Part shown: positions 1 through 13,072 of the stretch, piece after piece
Layout: each line of letters begins with the position of its first letter
Numbering within the stretch: the first letter of the stretch is position 1
DNA from: Pavona decussata
Lineage: Eukaryota
Reading direction: 5' to 3'
Length of the DNA stretch: 64,000 nucleotides
Assembly: GCA_977016875.1 (NCBI GenBank)
Contig: CDRNST010000175.1
Location: 930,001-994,000, forward strand
Position numbers and translations under genes: made by a program
Notes under the pieces: generated by a model
Databases searched by the model: none
What the model was told of the DNA's origin: nothing
The model's input: the letters and a program-made list of their open reading frames with translations, nothing else

Positions 1-529
1 CATGCTACCTCCCCAGAGATGTGTTACTTTCATAGAACAAAGAACGCCTAAAAAAAAAAAAACAACGAGCAGAAAAGACAATAACAAAACTTGGATGAGA
101 CTTACGTTTCTTGTATGGTTTTTCTAGTGTCTTTTTATCAGATAGGACACATCCTGGTCAAATCTTCTGTTTTGTCCTAATTTTGATATGCATGGCCCTG
201 CACGTTTGGGCTTATTTTGATTCATTTTTTCTCTAAGAATGGTCACTGTTGACCAGAAATCAGGAGTGTTGTAGGGTACACTTGCACTTGAAGTGTCTTC
301 CTTTTGGTCAGCATGGGAGTGAGACGGAAGGATTGGAACATAATATGGGTACTCACTCTTTTTATAAAAAGTGAAGAAATCTTGTGCCTAACGTAATAAG
401 AGGGTTGTGTTGGCAGTGGCAGAGGCAAATAGAGTAGCTGAAGAGCCTTCTGCTCTTTTTATAAGTGATAACAACTGAAGGGCGTGTACGTGGGAGGGTG
501 CTTAGGATATTCTTGTCCAAGACGTAGAC

Positions 530-883
530 GTACACACCATGATTTTTCTGAGTTGCAAAACCATTATATCTGGGGGTTTCAAAATCATCGGATATTTCCG
601 TTTTTTAGGAAATATTATTTATTCTTGTGTCAAGTTAGTAAATGGCAAAAATTTTTTTTTTTCCCAATTTTTTGTAAAAGTCATTAAAACCCCACTTTGG
701 ACAGTTTAACATGCAGTCAAGACTTTTTTACTCTTGGTAAATTTTAATTTTTGCTCTTTAACTACAGTGAAATTAAAAGCTCGTGAAAGCTCTCTACAGG
801 TTGGGGGATAGAAGCAGAAACAATAATAGAATGCAAGTGCTTCACTTTGTTTAACTGTCAAAAATCCTGTGGAGCCACCTTAA
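530..883. mobile_element. Remnant of a non-autonomous TTAA-ended (Kolobok-type) DNA transposon; only the right end is recognisable
   Basis: Ends in ...GGAGCCACC-TTAA at 871-883. The left end was not found, so the start is approximate. Confidence 0.3.
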
Positions 884-899
884 TATAACAATATTATTG

Positions 900-2910
900 A
901 TTCTTGTGACACACCCTTGGTGAGATCAACAAGCCTCCGAAGAAAGGCCTGACCTGGTAGAACAACTGCACAAGTAAAATTCAATAAGCCAATCAAAGAT
1001 TGAAATTCTTTCAGGGTAGTTTTACAGCGTTTGTGGATGTCCAATAACCGAGCATTGCATTTTTTGAAGCTTATCGTCCAGCAGACGCGCTTCCATATTA
1101 ATCGTGTCGAGTGTTATCCCAGCAAGTTAAGTGGTTGAAGGACCTTCTGTTTTTCATGTGCTATAGGTACCCCTAAACGATCACATAGGCTCAAAAAGTT
1201 GTGTAAATCGGAGGCACTTGTCCCTTGAGATATAGCAATAAACAAGAAATCATCTAGAATATGCAAAACACCAGAAGCACAGAGATAATGTTTAGGAAGC
1301 CACTCGAGCGCTGTGCTAAAGGCTTCAAATATAGCGCAAGACAAAGAACAGCCCATGGGCAAACACCGGTCAAAAAAGTACGAATTATTCCATGTCATAC
1401 CCAGTAAATGGTTATCGTCAGGGTGAATCAAAAAAGATACGGAAAGCTGATTTTATATCGGTCTTGGCCATGTAGCAACCCCTACCTAACGACTTAATGG
1501 GTGTGATAGCATGACGTATTGAAGCATAGTGAACCGACGAAAATTGGTCCGGAATAAAATCATTCACAGACAAGCCATCTGGGTATGACAAATGATGTAT
1601 AATACGAAATTCACCTGGGGTTTTCCTCGGAACTACGCCTAAAGGTGAGGAAATAAAATTATGTAAAGCTGGATGAGAAAATGGACCTACAATTTTCCCA
1701 GCACGCCATTCTTTCTCAAGTTAAGCAGCTAAAATTTCCCGTTGGTCCTCTGCACTGCGCAAATTTGAAGGAAGATGTAAGCGGCTAGTACTAACAAACC
1801 CGACGCGAAATCCAAACGAAAAATCATCAATCAAAAATTGCTTTAGATGAGGGTCATATTGTTGTAAAAGAGAGCTAAGTGTGGATACTTTTACCGGCGT
1901 TACTGGCAAGCTGTTTATTATGTGATGGAGTTGCGATAGCTCTATCCTCGGCTAGTTGGGAATGTTTGAGGCAGAGTGACAAGACATAATGGCATTTAAC
2001 ATTTATGGTCATATCTGCAGCCCGCACAGGGACGTCTGGCGTTGAACGTGAAACACACCCCTCTGACCATTGATTGTTTTCCCCTGAACTGCAGGTTGGG
2101 CTTGTCAGTTTCAAAATATCTGGATTTGGCACGAAAAGTGGCCGCGTGACGCCATAACTCCCAATGTACTACTCCCCAAGGGTACTTTTGTGGGTTGCCT
2201 TGATGCAGATACTGGAACTGTTCATCGTAATAGTGCCAGTCCCCCCCATCTGTGACGATGTCGTGCACTGTTTTGCAAAATTGCATCAAGTTGGCGTCTC
2301 TCTGGGGAATTTTTCGCTGTATGCTGCGACAAATGAGTGGAGAGCCGATACCCACTCGTGAATAGACGTCAATTTCTTTGCATTGCTTACCAGTTCAAAT
2401 GTAAAATTTGGGGTTTTGGACCCAATTCCGGGGGTGGGAGCAGTGATAGATAATGCAAACTTATCCAGATTAGGGATGTATCTAGAAGAGAGCCAAAGTT
2501 GACGAATTCCTCAGCCCAGATCTTATTCTTTACGAGTGCACATAAGCAGCTACCTAAAAGCACACCTATACTAGAAAAAAAAGGCGCACTGGGTAATATC
2601 TCACTACCTGACGACTCAACGGCCCCCATTGGAGTATGGGTAATAGATGTCACGTCGTGTTGCACTGCGTCAGCGACCAGATTGAGGGAACTGGAAGAAT
2701 TCTGGTCCGCAATGGTCGACTGTATCGCTGTTTTCACCGCAGCTACAATAGATGAAACCATTGCATTGGAAAGGCTCTTCGATCCCACGCCAGATGCAGA
2801 TGCCTCAACGGCCGCTTGAGGTGGAATTTCGACTGGGTCAGGAAAAAATTGTACGTTGACAGTATCATCTGCCGATCCATCCGGCGCGATTTCCTTCCTG
2901 GCGGCATGTT
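900..2910 (-). mobile_element. Degenerate DIRS/Ngaro-type (tyrosine-recombinase) retrotransposon: gag, RT and start of RNase H; truncated
   Basis: Gag-like WHYYDEQF..PWGVVHWELW and a C-terminal CFTFN..C..C.YDHKC knuckle (1996-2355). RT start PVTPV..LLQQYD..LIDDFSFGFRVG (1721-1909). RT core LPMGCSLSCAIFEAFSTALEW..LHILDDFLF (1114-1431). LKEFQSLIGLLNFTC..PGQAFLRRL at about 920-1020. Frameshifted. Confidence 0.85.
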
Positions 2911-3719
2911 GATTAATAAGGCCTATGAAACTTAGCTAGAGTTAATTCAGACATGTTATAGGCAAAGTCGGAATTAGACAACAAGGAAAATCCTGGGGAC
3001 AGAATGCATTGTACATTAATTCACACATGCAGGATGCCCATTAACCAGCTACAACAATCGTATGTCATCATATGTGATGTGAGAGCGTCAGTCATTGGCC
3101 GATCACATCGGTGTCTATAAATACACATGTAAAAGCGTTAATAGCTGCAGTAAATTGGGCACGTCAACGACGGTCATGCGGTAACTAAACTGTTACTTGT
3201 CGTTCAGATTACCTTTTGAACAAAGGATACCCAATACCACCTAGCCGTTAAGCAAATTATTTTATGCTTGAGTCTTTCTGCCCTTTAGTTTTCTTTTTAA
3301 ACTAAGAATGTTAAATAAACGCATTTTTTTAAGACGATCGGTCACTGCGAAGTGTTACTCATGTTATGCTGACAAGGCCAGTCGCACAGGCTAGGTATTG
3401 TACCAGTCATGGTCATCACTTGTACCAATCTTACTGTTCATTACTAATAGAATTACGCAATCCTGCATCCTGGTATTGCCCTAGTGCTCACGGTCAGTTG
3501 CTTAGTGAAACACGCTGAAATATCAAAATTTAAACTGTCTAGCTGTCGAGTCGCGCCTCTTACTGGATTAATGTATTTATGGCTCCTGGTGTATTGCAAT
3601 AAATTACTACAGATGGCTTCGTGTCGATATGCCAAACTTGTTGGAGGCGTTTGTGGATGCAGTTCCGATAGTCTTTTAACTTTGTGAAGTGAAACTCATA
3701 CTCGCTCGAGTAGGTAAGA

Positions 3720-4230
3720 AACAATGTTCATATATATTTTGTAGTTGCCTGGCCAGATGTACAGACAACTTCTCTGCTCCTACACTTAAAATATATATAG
3801 CGGACCTCTTAAGACAAGAGGTATGAGTGTGAGCAAGTAAACCAGTTTTACTCTTTAAGGCATTATGGTCTCCTGTTGGCAATCCAGCACTGATGAGATT
3901 TTCTGGGTTGCGGCAGGGCTTTTTCGCATTTACAGGAAGACATTTCCTAGCGAGAACTCTAGCTGGAGCCTGCCTGGCTATCATGGCCATCTTGACCGAA
4001 TTTTCTTGTTGATGGGAAAGGGTTTTATTAAACTTTCCCATGATTGAAATGCCTTGTTAAGTGTATCTGTCAGTACTTTCCAGATGTCACTCCTTAACCA
4101 GGTCTGACACGGACGATTGCACGCCAGTAGAGGATCTATTATGCGTGACCTGAAAAGTTTGGGGTAGCGCTGGGTTAAGGAGGGTGGTGGGTAATGGTGA
4201 GGAGACCCTCCCTGAATATGCACACTAAAG
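3720..4230 (-). mobile_element. Possible 3' fragment of a Penelope-like element (thumb/linker to GIY-YIG)
   Basis: LPVNAKKPCRNPENLISAGL resembles the PLE linker. It is followed by HTSC...AIYILKC (with a frameshift), like the start of a GIY-YIG domain. Very decayed. Confidence 0.3.
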
Positions 4231-5083
4231 CTGACTTTTCTGCCGTTGTTCTATTTTGTTTCATTTTTTGTTTCTTTTTTTTTTTCCTAGTTTCAATCTG
4301 CATTTCACGTCTCTGGAAGAATATGTCGCTTAAATTTTAACCGATTTGTTTAATAAAACCTTCAAGGAGGAGGAGGATGGGGGGAGGGTAATTAAAGATA
4401 TCTGTACTAAGATTCGAAGACAGCCTCCGGGTACCTGGTACCCAAAGTCTGGCTGGGCATCCTCATGATTAGGCTATGGATCGTAGTGTTATGGAACAGC
4501 TGACTGATGGATGAAACATTTCCAGTTTTCATGCAGAAGCAAATCTGCCACTCCACCAAAATTCACTATACAACAAAGTTCTTCTCTAAAAGGCTAGAGA
4601 TTATCACTTGCTTGCAAAGTTGATATGAGTCATTAATTCGCCCTATTTTCCAATTTTAGCCTGGAACGTTCAGTGCGGTAGATTTATTATTGTATTATCT
4701 TACAGGTCTGGAGTGTTTGATATCGACAAAACTCATCTTGAACTGACTATTTGTTCGAGGCACTGTGATCTGTTTGGGGTTAGATGGCAATCTAACAAAA
4801 AGAACTCTGCTGCTTTGAGTTTATGGTGTTCGCACTTAAGCAGAGAATGCGGTATTGCCCTGTCCTGGTCCGTCACCATTTTATCGTTTTCAATGTTTCA
4901 GAAAAAAATAAAATAAAAAGGATGCTTAGAGAGACAGTTACAAAGCATAATGTCAAAGTCAGCCCGATGTAGGTAATTGTGTCACGTGCGCTACAGGAGT
5001 AATTGTTGTTTGCCATCCTTCAGACGTATAACTGTGGGGTCCAAGTTACTTGAGAATCCTTTTCTCTTGATAATTGATATTAG

Positions 5084-5626
5084 TAGAGTCAAACCTCCCG
5101 TAAGCAACCAAAATGTCAAGCGTAGGTGGTTTCTTACGATAGGTGGTCTAAATTTTCAACTCATTAGCATAAGGTGATTCCAGAGGTTTAGTAGCCACAA
5201 ATAACGTTTTTCAACTTTCAGAAAATTATAATGCCAGTATAATTTCAGTATCCAAGGTGATGGTTCGCCTGCGATAAGTTACCCAACACGGCAAATGGGA
5301 CAAGTCTATTTCAGGACACCTACAATTGTGACATTCGTGTCCCCTGAACTACCCAAGAATGTACATGTGATAATGTTACGATGTTACAGAGGTAAATTGT
5401 CCAACTTCTGACAGGGGATAGATATGAGGACTTTTGTCGCATATGTGACAAGTGGTCACTTAGGGGTGGTAAAAAAATTTTTCTTAAAATGGTCGCGGTT
5501 GCCTACAAGAGGTGGTCACTTACGAGAGGTTCCAACTATAGTGATTTGACTGGGAATAATTTGGAATTTTGGCTCAAGAGAGGTGGTCGCTTACGAGGGG
5601 TGATTGCAAGGGGAAGTTCGACTGTA
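5084..5626. mobile_element. MITE, Tc1/mariner-type (TA-flanked TIRs)
   Basis: Left end TAGAGTCAAACCTCCC versus reverse complement of the right end TACAGTCGAACTTCCC. Internal repeated GGTGGTCGCTTACGAGA-like motifs. No ORF. Confidence 0.6.
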
Positions 5627-6403
5627 TGAGGGAAAGGCAGCAGTATAACATCGGGCATAGTACGTAACAAATACGTGGGAAGTCTGTGCCTCGCTGTTAT
5701 AATGTAACTAGGCAACAGTGTTGAATTTGAATGAATGTTCCGTTTACACATCAACTAAATCTGCTAAAATGTTGCAATTATCTCACAGATAACCTCGACT
5801 TAGGTGAGAAGTACTTCAAGATATTGAGTTTCCTGTATTTTTCATAAGTTTTTCACAAGTTGTTTGTCAAACATTATTCATCAACTGATATTATGTTGCG
5901 TGCATTCCTAGGCTTCGCAATTTAAAATGAACATTACATAAAACTACAAAAATGGTCATTTTATCTTGATATTGATTTACAGACGAAAACTGACATCGCA
6001 CATCATTTAATGCACCATCTAACAGTTTTTGGATACCCTTTTGCGATAGTGGGAAGTGCTTGCACCGTGGAAGGTCAAAACTAACTAGCTTGAGCACTTT
6101 GGTTTGAAGACTGCAGGCGCTCGCAGAATTTGTCATTTCATTTATCCAGGCTAGTTTCTCGATAAAAGCTAAGACAAATGATACTTTTAGTTGGAATAAT
6201 AGCTTCGATAGGGAAACCCATGTATTACACAAGTTTTCGAGAAATGTTTGTCAGTTTATATAACCTGATATGTGGTTGTGGAATTGTGTAAACAAATCAA
6301 AATGAAACCGCTACACTTACAATTGGTAACAAAAATGGTTGTTTCGCACTGGTATTGACTTTCATGTTGGATATAATATATCGCTCGGATATAATATAAT
6401 ATA

Positions 6404-8694
6404 TTGCTCTGTCAGAGCTTCGACCTAACTCCAATGTTCGCCAAGGTCGACAAAGCAAGGCGCTCTAAATGGAAGCAGTCTTCGGAAACCTTTACAAGGA
6501 ATGTCATCTCTGAGGAACGAAATGGAAAGATCAAACAGAGTGCATATCTAAAACGCGAGATCAATTCTATCTATAATGAGATTCGCCAGAGCTGTAGCTT
6601 GCTTCGCTACACTTGTGTTCTACGCACAATGGTAAGCCTTAGGAAGTAGCACCATCAGGAAGTTATGAACACTCACACAAAGAAGATCGCACGGTTGCTC
6701 AACATCGAAATGGACGTTGACGAACATATTTTAAACCTGTCATCCTACAACCCCTCCTTTTTCCAGAAACTGGTTCTTTGCCGCAGATTGAAATTTGCTA
6801 TTCCTCAACGTGTCTCTCCCATAGATATGAAAGCAAGCTTTGAAAAAGCTTATTGGAGCCTTGAACCCCACCTCAATAGTGATAATTTAAAAGAAATATC
6901 TGCGGCAACATTCCGTTCCATTGCGCTCCATTACATTGAGCGCAAGAGTCCGAAACCTTCAAAGACACTGCTGAGAGCTATCGATGAGTTAAAACGACGC
7001 GACGACATCGTTATCACGAAACCCGACAAAGGGTCTGGTGTTGTGGTCTTGGACAAAACCGAATACTTACGATTACTATCTGAAGCCTCAATCAATGATA
7101 CAAGCAAGTTCTGTGCCGTTCTTCTGGAGAAACCCAAGACCAGGGGCAGACCACCCAAATATTATCACCCTCTACTACAAAAGGAGAAGACCCTAGATTC
7201 CATTGTTCGTAGAATCCTGCCGAAGACCATCGCAGACTCCGTGAGCCCTACAGGTTCCAGATTGGCACATTTATATGGGTTGCCAATAACCCACAAAGAA
7301 AAATTGGCTATGAGGCCTATATTATCAGCGACCGACACATACAATTATCCCCTTGCAAAATGGCTCGACGAGAAATTGAAGCCCTTGTTGCTTAATCAGT
7401 ATACAGTTACTGATACTTTTGATTTCACAAATGAAAATAACTAGTTGAAGATCAACAATGGGGAAATCTTGGTTTCGTATGATGTCTCCTCGTTATTCAC
7501 AAATGTGCCTTTGGACGAAACAATAGAGATCCTGGACAACAGAGCCTTTACAAACAATTGGTTCAATACAACGCACAATCTTGACTTTACCAGAACGGAT
7601 CTTCTCGATCTCCTAAGCGTAGCCACCAAAGGCCAACTTTTTCAGTTCGACGGGGCTCTTTACGAACAGACAGATGGCGTTGCTAGGGGTCCCCTGTCGG
7701 GCCCTTATTAGCCAACGTCTTCATGTCATCCATCGAAGATACCCTTGAGCGGCAAGGAAAACTTCCATCCTTTTACCGTCGATATTTCGATGATACGCTC
7801 ACTGTAATGCCTGATTTAGCAACAGCAACTACTTTCCTGCATACCCTCAACAGTGCCCACACTTCAGTCAAATTCACAATGGAGGTGGAAAAGAACGGCA
7901 AGCTACCTTTCCTTGGCACTGAGCTACTCAACCATGCACCGCGGATTGAAACCGAGATTTATGTGAAACGAACAAACACAGGTCTATTATTACACTATCA
8001 AAGCCATGTAGACAATCGCTACAAACGGAGCTTACTGACAACAATGCTTGATCGCGCACACCGATTATCTTCCTCCTGGGCCTATTTCTCTGAAGAGGGT
8101 GATCGCCTAAAGAACGTTTTCGCACACCTTAAATACCCTAAACGCTTGATAAATTCGACCATTAACACCTTCCTACACTCAAGAATAGTTGACCAGCAGC
8201 CCCCACAGACGCCGAAAGAACCAAGAGCCGTTGTTCGTGTAGTCATACCGTTTAAAGACCAGGAATCGGCAAATTATGTTAAACAAGAACTTAAGGATCA
8301 TAGCATAAAGGTGCAGACAACTGTCCAGCCAGTATTCGTTAGCCGCAAAGTTGAGCAAGATCTAAAAGTACGCAAAACGAAGCCACTGATCGTCAACCAA
8401 CAATGCGTCGTTTATCATTTTCCATGTGACCTGTGTGATGCGGGTTATGTAGGCTATACGCGCGGACACTAACACACACATGTGGATGGACATAAACAAA
8501 AAGCATCTTCAGTGTATAAACACTACCACGAACAACATGGCGAAGTCCCGAAAGACCTACTGAGGCGTTTTAGCATTCTGAAAAAGTGTAGAAATAAGTT
8601 CGATTGTTTGGTTAACAAAATGCTTTTCATCAGAGATCTAAAACCCACTCTGAACGTGCAAAACTACTCTATTCGCGCAAAAGTATTTACTTAA
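6404..8694 (+). mobile_element. Penelope-like retroelement (RT + GIY-YIG), near full length, with stops and frameshifts
   Basis: ITKPDKGSGVVVLDK, LYGLPITHK..MRPILS, SYDVSSLFTNVP, YEQTDGVA.G, RYFDD, LPFLG, then CVVYHFPCDLCDAGYVGYT..H and C-terminal KPTLNVQ across ORFs 6404-6649, 6665-7444, 7445-7711, 7723-8472 and 8482-8694. Confidence 0.92.
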
Positions 8695-8759
8695 TTAGCC
8701 TTAAACACTCTATGCTAATTTATTGTTACACCTTGCCGCAGACTCTGTAATTTTTTACT

Positions 8760-8802
8760 TCTCCTTGACAATGGCGTCATGAAGACACCGAAACGTCGGT
8801 TT
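8760..8802 (+). ncRNA. Hammerhead-ribozyme-like motif in the Penelope 3' pseudo-LTR
   Basis: TTGACAAT-GGCGTC-ATGAA-GACACC-GAAAC-GTC: a short stem II followed by GAAAC and GTC, just 3' of the PLE stop codon. The core deviates from canonical CUGANGA. Confidence 0.55.
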
Positions 8803-9817
8803 ATATCATTAATCTTTGCATGTCTCTAAAAGACTTTTTACATACATTTAAAACAGAGTTGAACTTTTTTATGTAAATTAACCGTGATAATACTCGCAAC
8901 ATGGCGGGTCAAAATGCCAATCAATTAGCGTGAGTCTCTTGTTTTTAACGCGCTCTCACAGTTTGCTGTTTCATTTACCCAAACTACATTTTCGGTAAAA
9001 GCTAAGATAAAATGATACTTTTGGCGGTAATAATAGTTTTGATAGGTAAATCAATGTACCAGATCGATTTTTTTGCCTACGAATCTGGCCAAAATTAAAC
9101 GTCACGCAATACTTCCGCGAGGCATAATTTTGGAAATTCCATAAGAAATTCAGGATCAATATTCATTAAGACCAAACAGCTCTAAATCGCCATTAAAGGA
9201 TGATATTTTAATGGCATGCATCAGTTTTTCCTGGTACGGTTTCCATTTTGGTTTGCTAAACTTCAATAAAAGTGTAATTTCAGGACCAATTTCGCGCGCT
9301 GTGAGAGGAAATTACTAAACCTCGTCTCGAGAAGAAAATAAAAATCCAAACAACTTCAAAGTTCAATTTTTGTACATGTTAGCAACGCCCTTTATTATGA
9401 CAAATCTTGCATGGGTATAGTTGATATTTACAGCAAGCCGCTCTTAAAATGCAATAATAGCACATGGGCAGAACAGAGGAAGACACCAAAAGCCTACTAA
9501 ACGCAACTCCTTGGCGAAGGCTATAAATTTGCTAAAATTAAAACTGGTCGGGGAAAAAATTTCTTAGGTTGTTATGCGTTATAAAAAATGCATTACTGCC
9601 CCCTTTACACTCCTGTACAGTTTATGCTGCCTTTTTGTATTTAAGTGGAGACCATTGTATGACAAGTATGAACTGGAAGCCCGCCAAAATCCCTGATGCG
9701 ACCAATATATGGCAAAGGGGAGCGGTTCTAAGACCGCATGAAGGTACTGCGCCAGGATTTGTACATTTGCATTGCAAGTCCCATCTGGGTGCTTTTTAGC
9801 CGTTTGACCGACACAAA

Positions 9818-10135
9818 TTAAGCGAACCCCGTACTCGGTAAACAGACCAAATCCTCGATGGCAGAGCCAACAGATGCCGGAGAAGACTGACGGCGTGTGA
9901 GGTCCTTAGTACCGACTTGTAAAAATACAACATCAGGTTTAAAACGTTCTACTTCGGTTAAGTCAAACCGCCTAACCTTATCGATTGTGCAACCCCCCAC
10001 GTCATGCCAAAGAATTGTAACCGAGGTATTAATGTTTAGAGTAAGGTTATATGTGGGACTATTCTTAATAATAAAGTCCCGGAACCTACGTATAAAGGAG
10101 TGACCCAAAATCAGAACCCTTGACTGTTCCATACC
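9818..10135 (-). pseudogene. SGNH/GDSL hydrolase-like ORF fragment of the type carried by Ngaro/DIRS retrotransposons
   Basis: VLILGHSFIRR (block I), WHDVGG.TI (block II), PDVVFLQVGTKDL (block III); truncated. Confidence 0.7.
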
Positions 10136-10540
10136 GCGAAAAGAACTTGCCTGAAAATTTGAACAGATAGCTTGCCACATGATGGTGTAGAGGTAGAAAG
10201 GGGCGCTCCTATTTGCGCAACATACTGTAAAGAAATCCTCGATCACTTGCTCCCTAGTACCCAGTTCCGGCAGCCAGTGCCTGATAACAACAGGTATCCC
10301 AATGCAAAAATGTAATTATGTTTGGGACATAATTTTTGTATTTAGCATTTAAGAAGACTGTCTATTACAGTCTGTGTTACTGTTTTACTGTCAAACAGGT
10401 ACAAATAACCAGAGAAGCTCCTACGAGACGCAAGGAAAGTAACAAATCAGGAAGTGAACCAGCACACAAAAAGAAGAAATTTCCTTAAAAAGTAGTTTCA
10501 CTTGCAAGGCTGGCTGTTATTCGTGGAAGCTCATTTCTTT

Positions 10541-10569
10541 TAGTAGTAGTAGTTGTAGTAGTAGTAGTT

Positions 10570-10611
<42 letters not shown>
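10541..10611. repeat. (TAG)n microsatellite, the LINE tail
   Basis: Directly visible. Confidence 0.95.
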
Positions 10612-11469
10612 ATTGCTTTATTTGCATGACCACAAGATTTACAGTATTGCAAAAGCTTATATAATCTAATTACTAACAAAAACAGTGTAAAGTATCATAA
10701 CAATATATAATTAATTCTAAGTTACATCATCAATATCCAATAATAGCCTGTCACGTATAATCATACATGAAGAAATAAACTTCATAACCAGTTTGTTTAC
10801 ATTATAGTCTTTAGAGTTCATCAGTAGTTTCACAATGTCTGATGTCGATTTCGTTTGAATATCAGGTATCATTTTACTTATGTCTTCATAGAATGTCTGC
10901 CTCTGTAAAGAGTAGCAACTACATTGAAACAAGAAATGAGTTTCATTTTCCACTTGATTTGATTGACACAACTGACATAATCTTAACTCTCTAGGGAGAT
11001 GATCTTTCTGATATCTACCAGCTTCAATTCTGAGTTTGTGGTTACTTAATTTAAACTTAACTAGGTTTCGTCTATCAGGAAAATTTCTTAAATGAGTTAA
11101 ATAATTAGACGAAGAGTATTCATTCGTGAAAATCTTATAGAACTCTAACTTTTTTGAGTGTTCAAGATTGTGTTGCCAGAAACGTAGATACTTGTTTTTC
11201 ATATTAGTTTCAATTTGCCTTATTGTCTCATTGCTAAAATTTTCAGGATTTAGATCAGATGGATAGTATTTTTCTAACATGCCCATAAATTTGGAGTAAA
11301 AACCGGAATTATTAATGGAGTGTAAATGTTTTGACATCAGAAAAGATTGCTTAACGATAAAGTCATTCTCCTTATTGTTTAGGTAAACAAAGTATTTCAT
11401 AATTTTTTGGTTTATTGCAATAAGTAATGGATATCGCCCTAACTCAGCCCTACATGCTAGGTTAGAGGC
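10541..11469 (-). mobile_element. 5'-truncated RTE-X-like LINE with a (TAC)n 3' tail
   Basis: ORF 10717-11508: RAELGRYPL...FKLSNHKLRIEAGRY..RLCQLC...ENETHFLFQCSCY (C-terminal CCHC). On the minus strand AATAAA is followed by the (TAC)n tail at 10541-10611. Confidence 0.8.
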
Positions 11470-11500
11470 TAGTAGTAGTAGTAGCAGTAGTAGTAGTAGT
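11470..11500. repeat. (TAG)n microsatellite at the LINE 5' junction
   Basis: Directly visible. Confidence 0.95.
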
Positions 11501-12516
11501 TCAGGCAAACGCTCTCCAGGACAATTTCAGTCGGATCTTAGGTAGTGGGGCCATTATCTGCTTTGCGGCCTTTGCTTTCCTTCGTTGGCATTCGCAGCAT
11601 TCTCTTTTCACCTCACGAATCTCATATCTTGCCTGCATGATCCAAAATTGAGCCGACATCAATGACAGCGTGTGATTGGTTTCTAATGAGTGGTTGCTTC
11701 CCTTATGAAAAGATTTCATAATCATCCTCGTCACCGAATTCTTCCTTGGCAGAATGACAGGGAACCTTGCATTAAATGGCAAATAGTCAGTATAGCGTAG
11801 TCTGCCATCTGATGGAAGTAGGCCATCTTCGTCCAGGACTGGCTTCAAACTCAATAGCTTGAAAGAGCCTTCTGTTCTACCAGTGCCTTGTAATCTTCAT
11901 GAAATGCTTCCTTGATGATTTCGATTTCCGCATGTGCGATTTCTTGGCAACCCAGCTTCCCATAACTTCTCTCATTGATATGTATCCTGCAGTTGTTCAC
12001 AAATCGCCCAACCCATGCTCTAACTCTCACTAGTTTTCTCCAACTTGAAAATCGGCTGGGCTGTAAAGGGGAAGGTGTCTCTGGCATCAGAGCAAACAGG
12101 GTTGATTCTTGCACTGGCTCTCCAGACGTCTTCATTTTCTTCCCCACTTCCATTGTTACTTCGGGACTTGGATCAGTCTTTGTCTTTGGCCACGTTTCTT
12201 GGTCCTTGCTCAGAAAGGTCGGTCCCCGCCACCACATCTCACTTGGTTTCAATTCAGCAACTGCGGCTCCTCTAGTCAGAAGATCAGCTGGATTCTCTCG
12301 GGTGCTCACATAGTGCAACTGACTAGGATTATTTGAATCATGTATCTCCCCAATCCGATTTGCCACAAATGGCTTAAAGCTCCGGCTGCGACCTTGTATC
12401 CACCACAAGACTTTAATGCTGTCACTCTAAAATGTCAGTTGGTTCCTGTCAAACTTGAGTACCCTTGCTATAGACAGGGCCAATCTCAATCCCAAGATGG
12501 CTCCCATTAGTTCAAG
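11501..12516 (-). mobile_element. Older BEL/Pao element (BEL-A), downstream part: RNase H end to integrase zinc finger
   Basis: RLELMGA, FVANRIGEI, YVSTRENPADLLTRG, WWRGP, LLPSDGRL, FPVILP, H..H..C.EC, QIMAPLP; frameshifted. Confidence 0.88.
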
Positions 12517-12521
12517 CCTAG

Positions 12522-12915
12522 TGTGGCAACCGCTTTTCTTTCGAAGAAGGGCGCGCGGAAACGACGATTACAAAGGCCAAAAGTCTAACATAATCCGTAT
12601 TGGTCCTGTTTATTTTAAGTCACTAACTGAGATCAGGCGATCACCGAAAGGCAGAAAATCAACAAACATACATACAGCTTGAGGTAGTCCTACTGTTGAA
12701 CCGCATACAAGACCGTCAAAGACTGTAAGGCTACTAATCTGCACGGGTTGCGTGAGAAATTACTGTCGCTTCGAGCGAAGCTCAAACCAAGTCAAGACGT
12801 TCAGCGACGTCTCAGCTCCACGTGGAGCTTTAACAGTCCCGTATGAAAAGACGTCATGACATGTGATGTGTCTCGTTGCGTAACGCAATGCCTAAACGGT
12901 TGAGAGGCCGTTACA
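12522..12915 (-). repeat. 3' LTR of BEL-B
   Basis: 394-bp direct repeat of 23269-23662, with about 9 substitutions by eye. Confidence 0.96.
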
Positions 12916-13072
12916 TGGCTCCCCCAGACATGGTAAAATGTATGAAATTACAGTAAACAAATATGAATAAAACTAAATGTTCTCAGAGTTCACTAAGTAA
13001 AGGTCTCTCTTCCTGAGAATTGTTCTGGCTCCCCGACGGGGTCGTACTCTGGTCATTAAGGTCTACTCAAGA

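Noticed and set aside
3484-3720. Cys-rich start MASCRYAKLVGGVCG...EVKLILARVG followed by a GT donor
   Set aside because: Looks like a decayed TE gene start but is too short and interrupted to assign.
10485-10679. Poly-Thr ORF, and the poly-Leu 'signal peptide' at the start of ORF 10717-11508
   Set aside because: Both are translations of the (TAG)n microsatellites.
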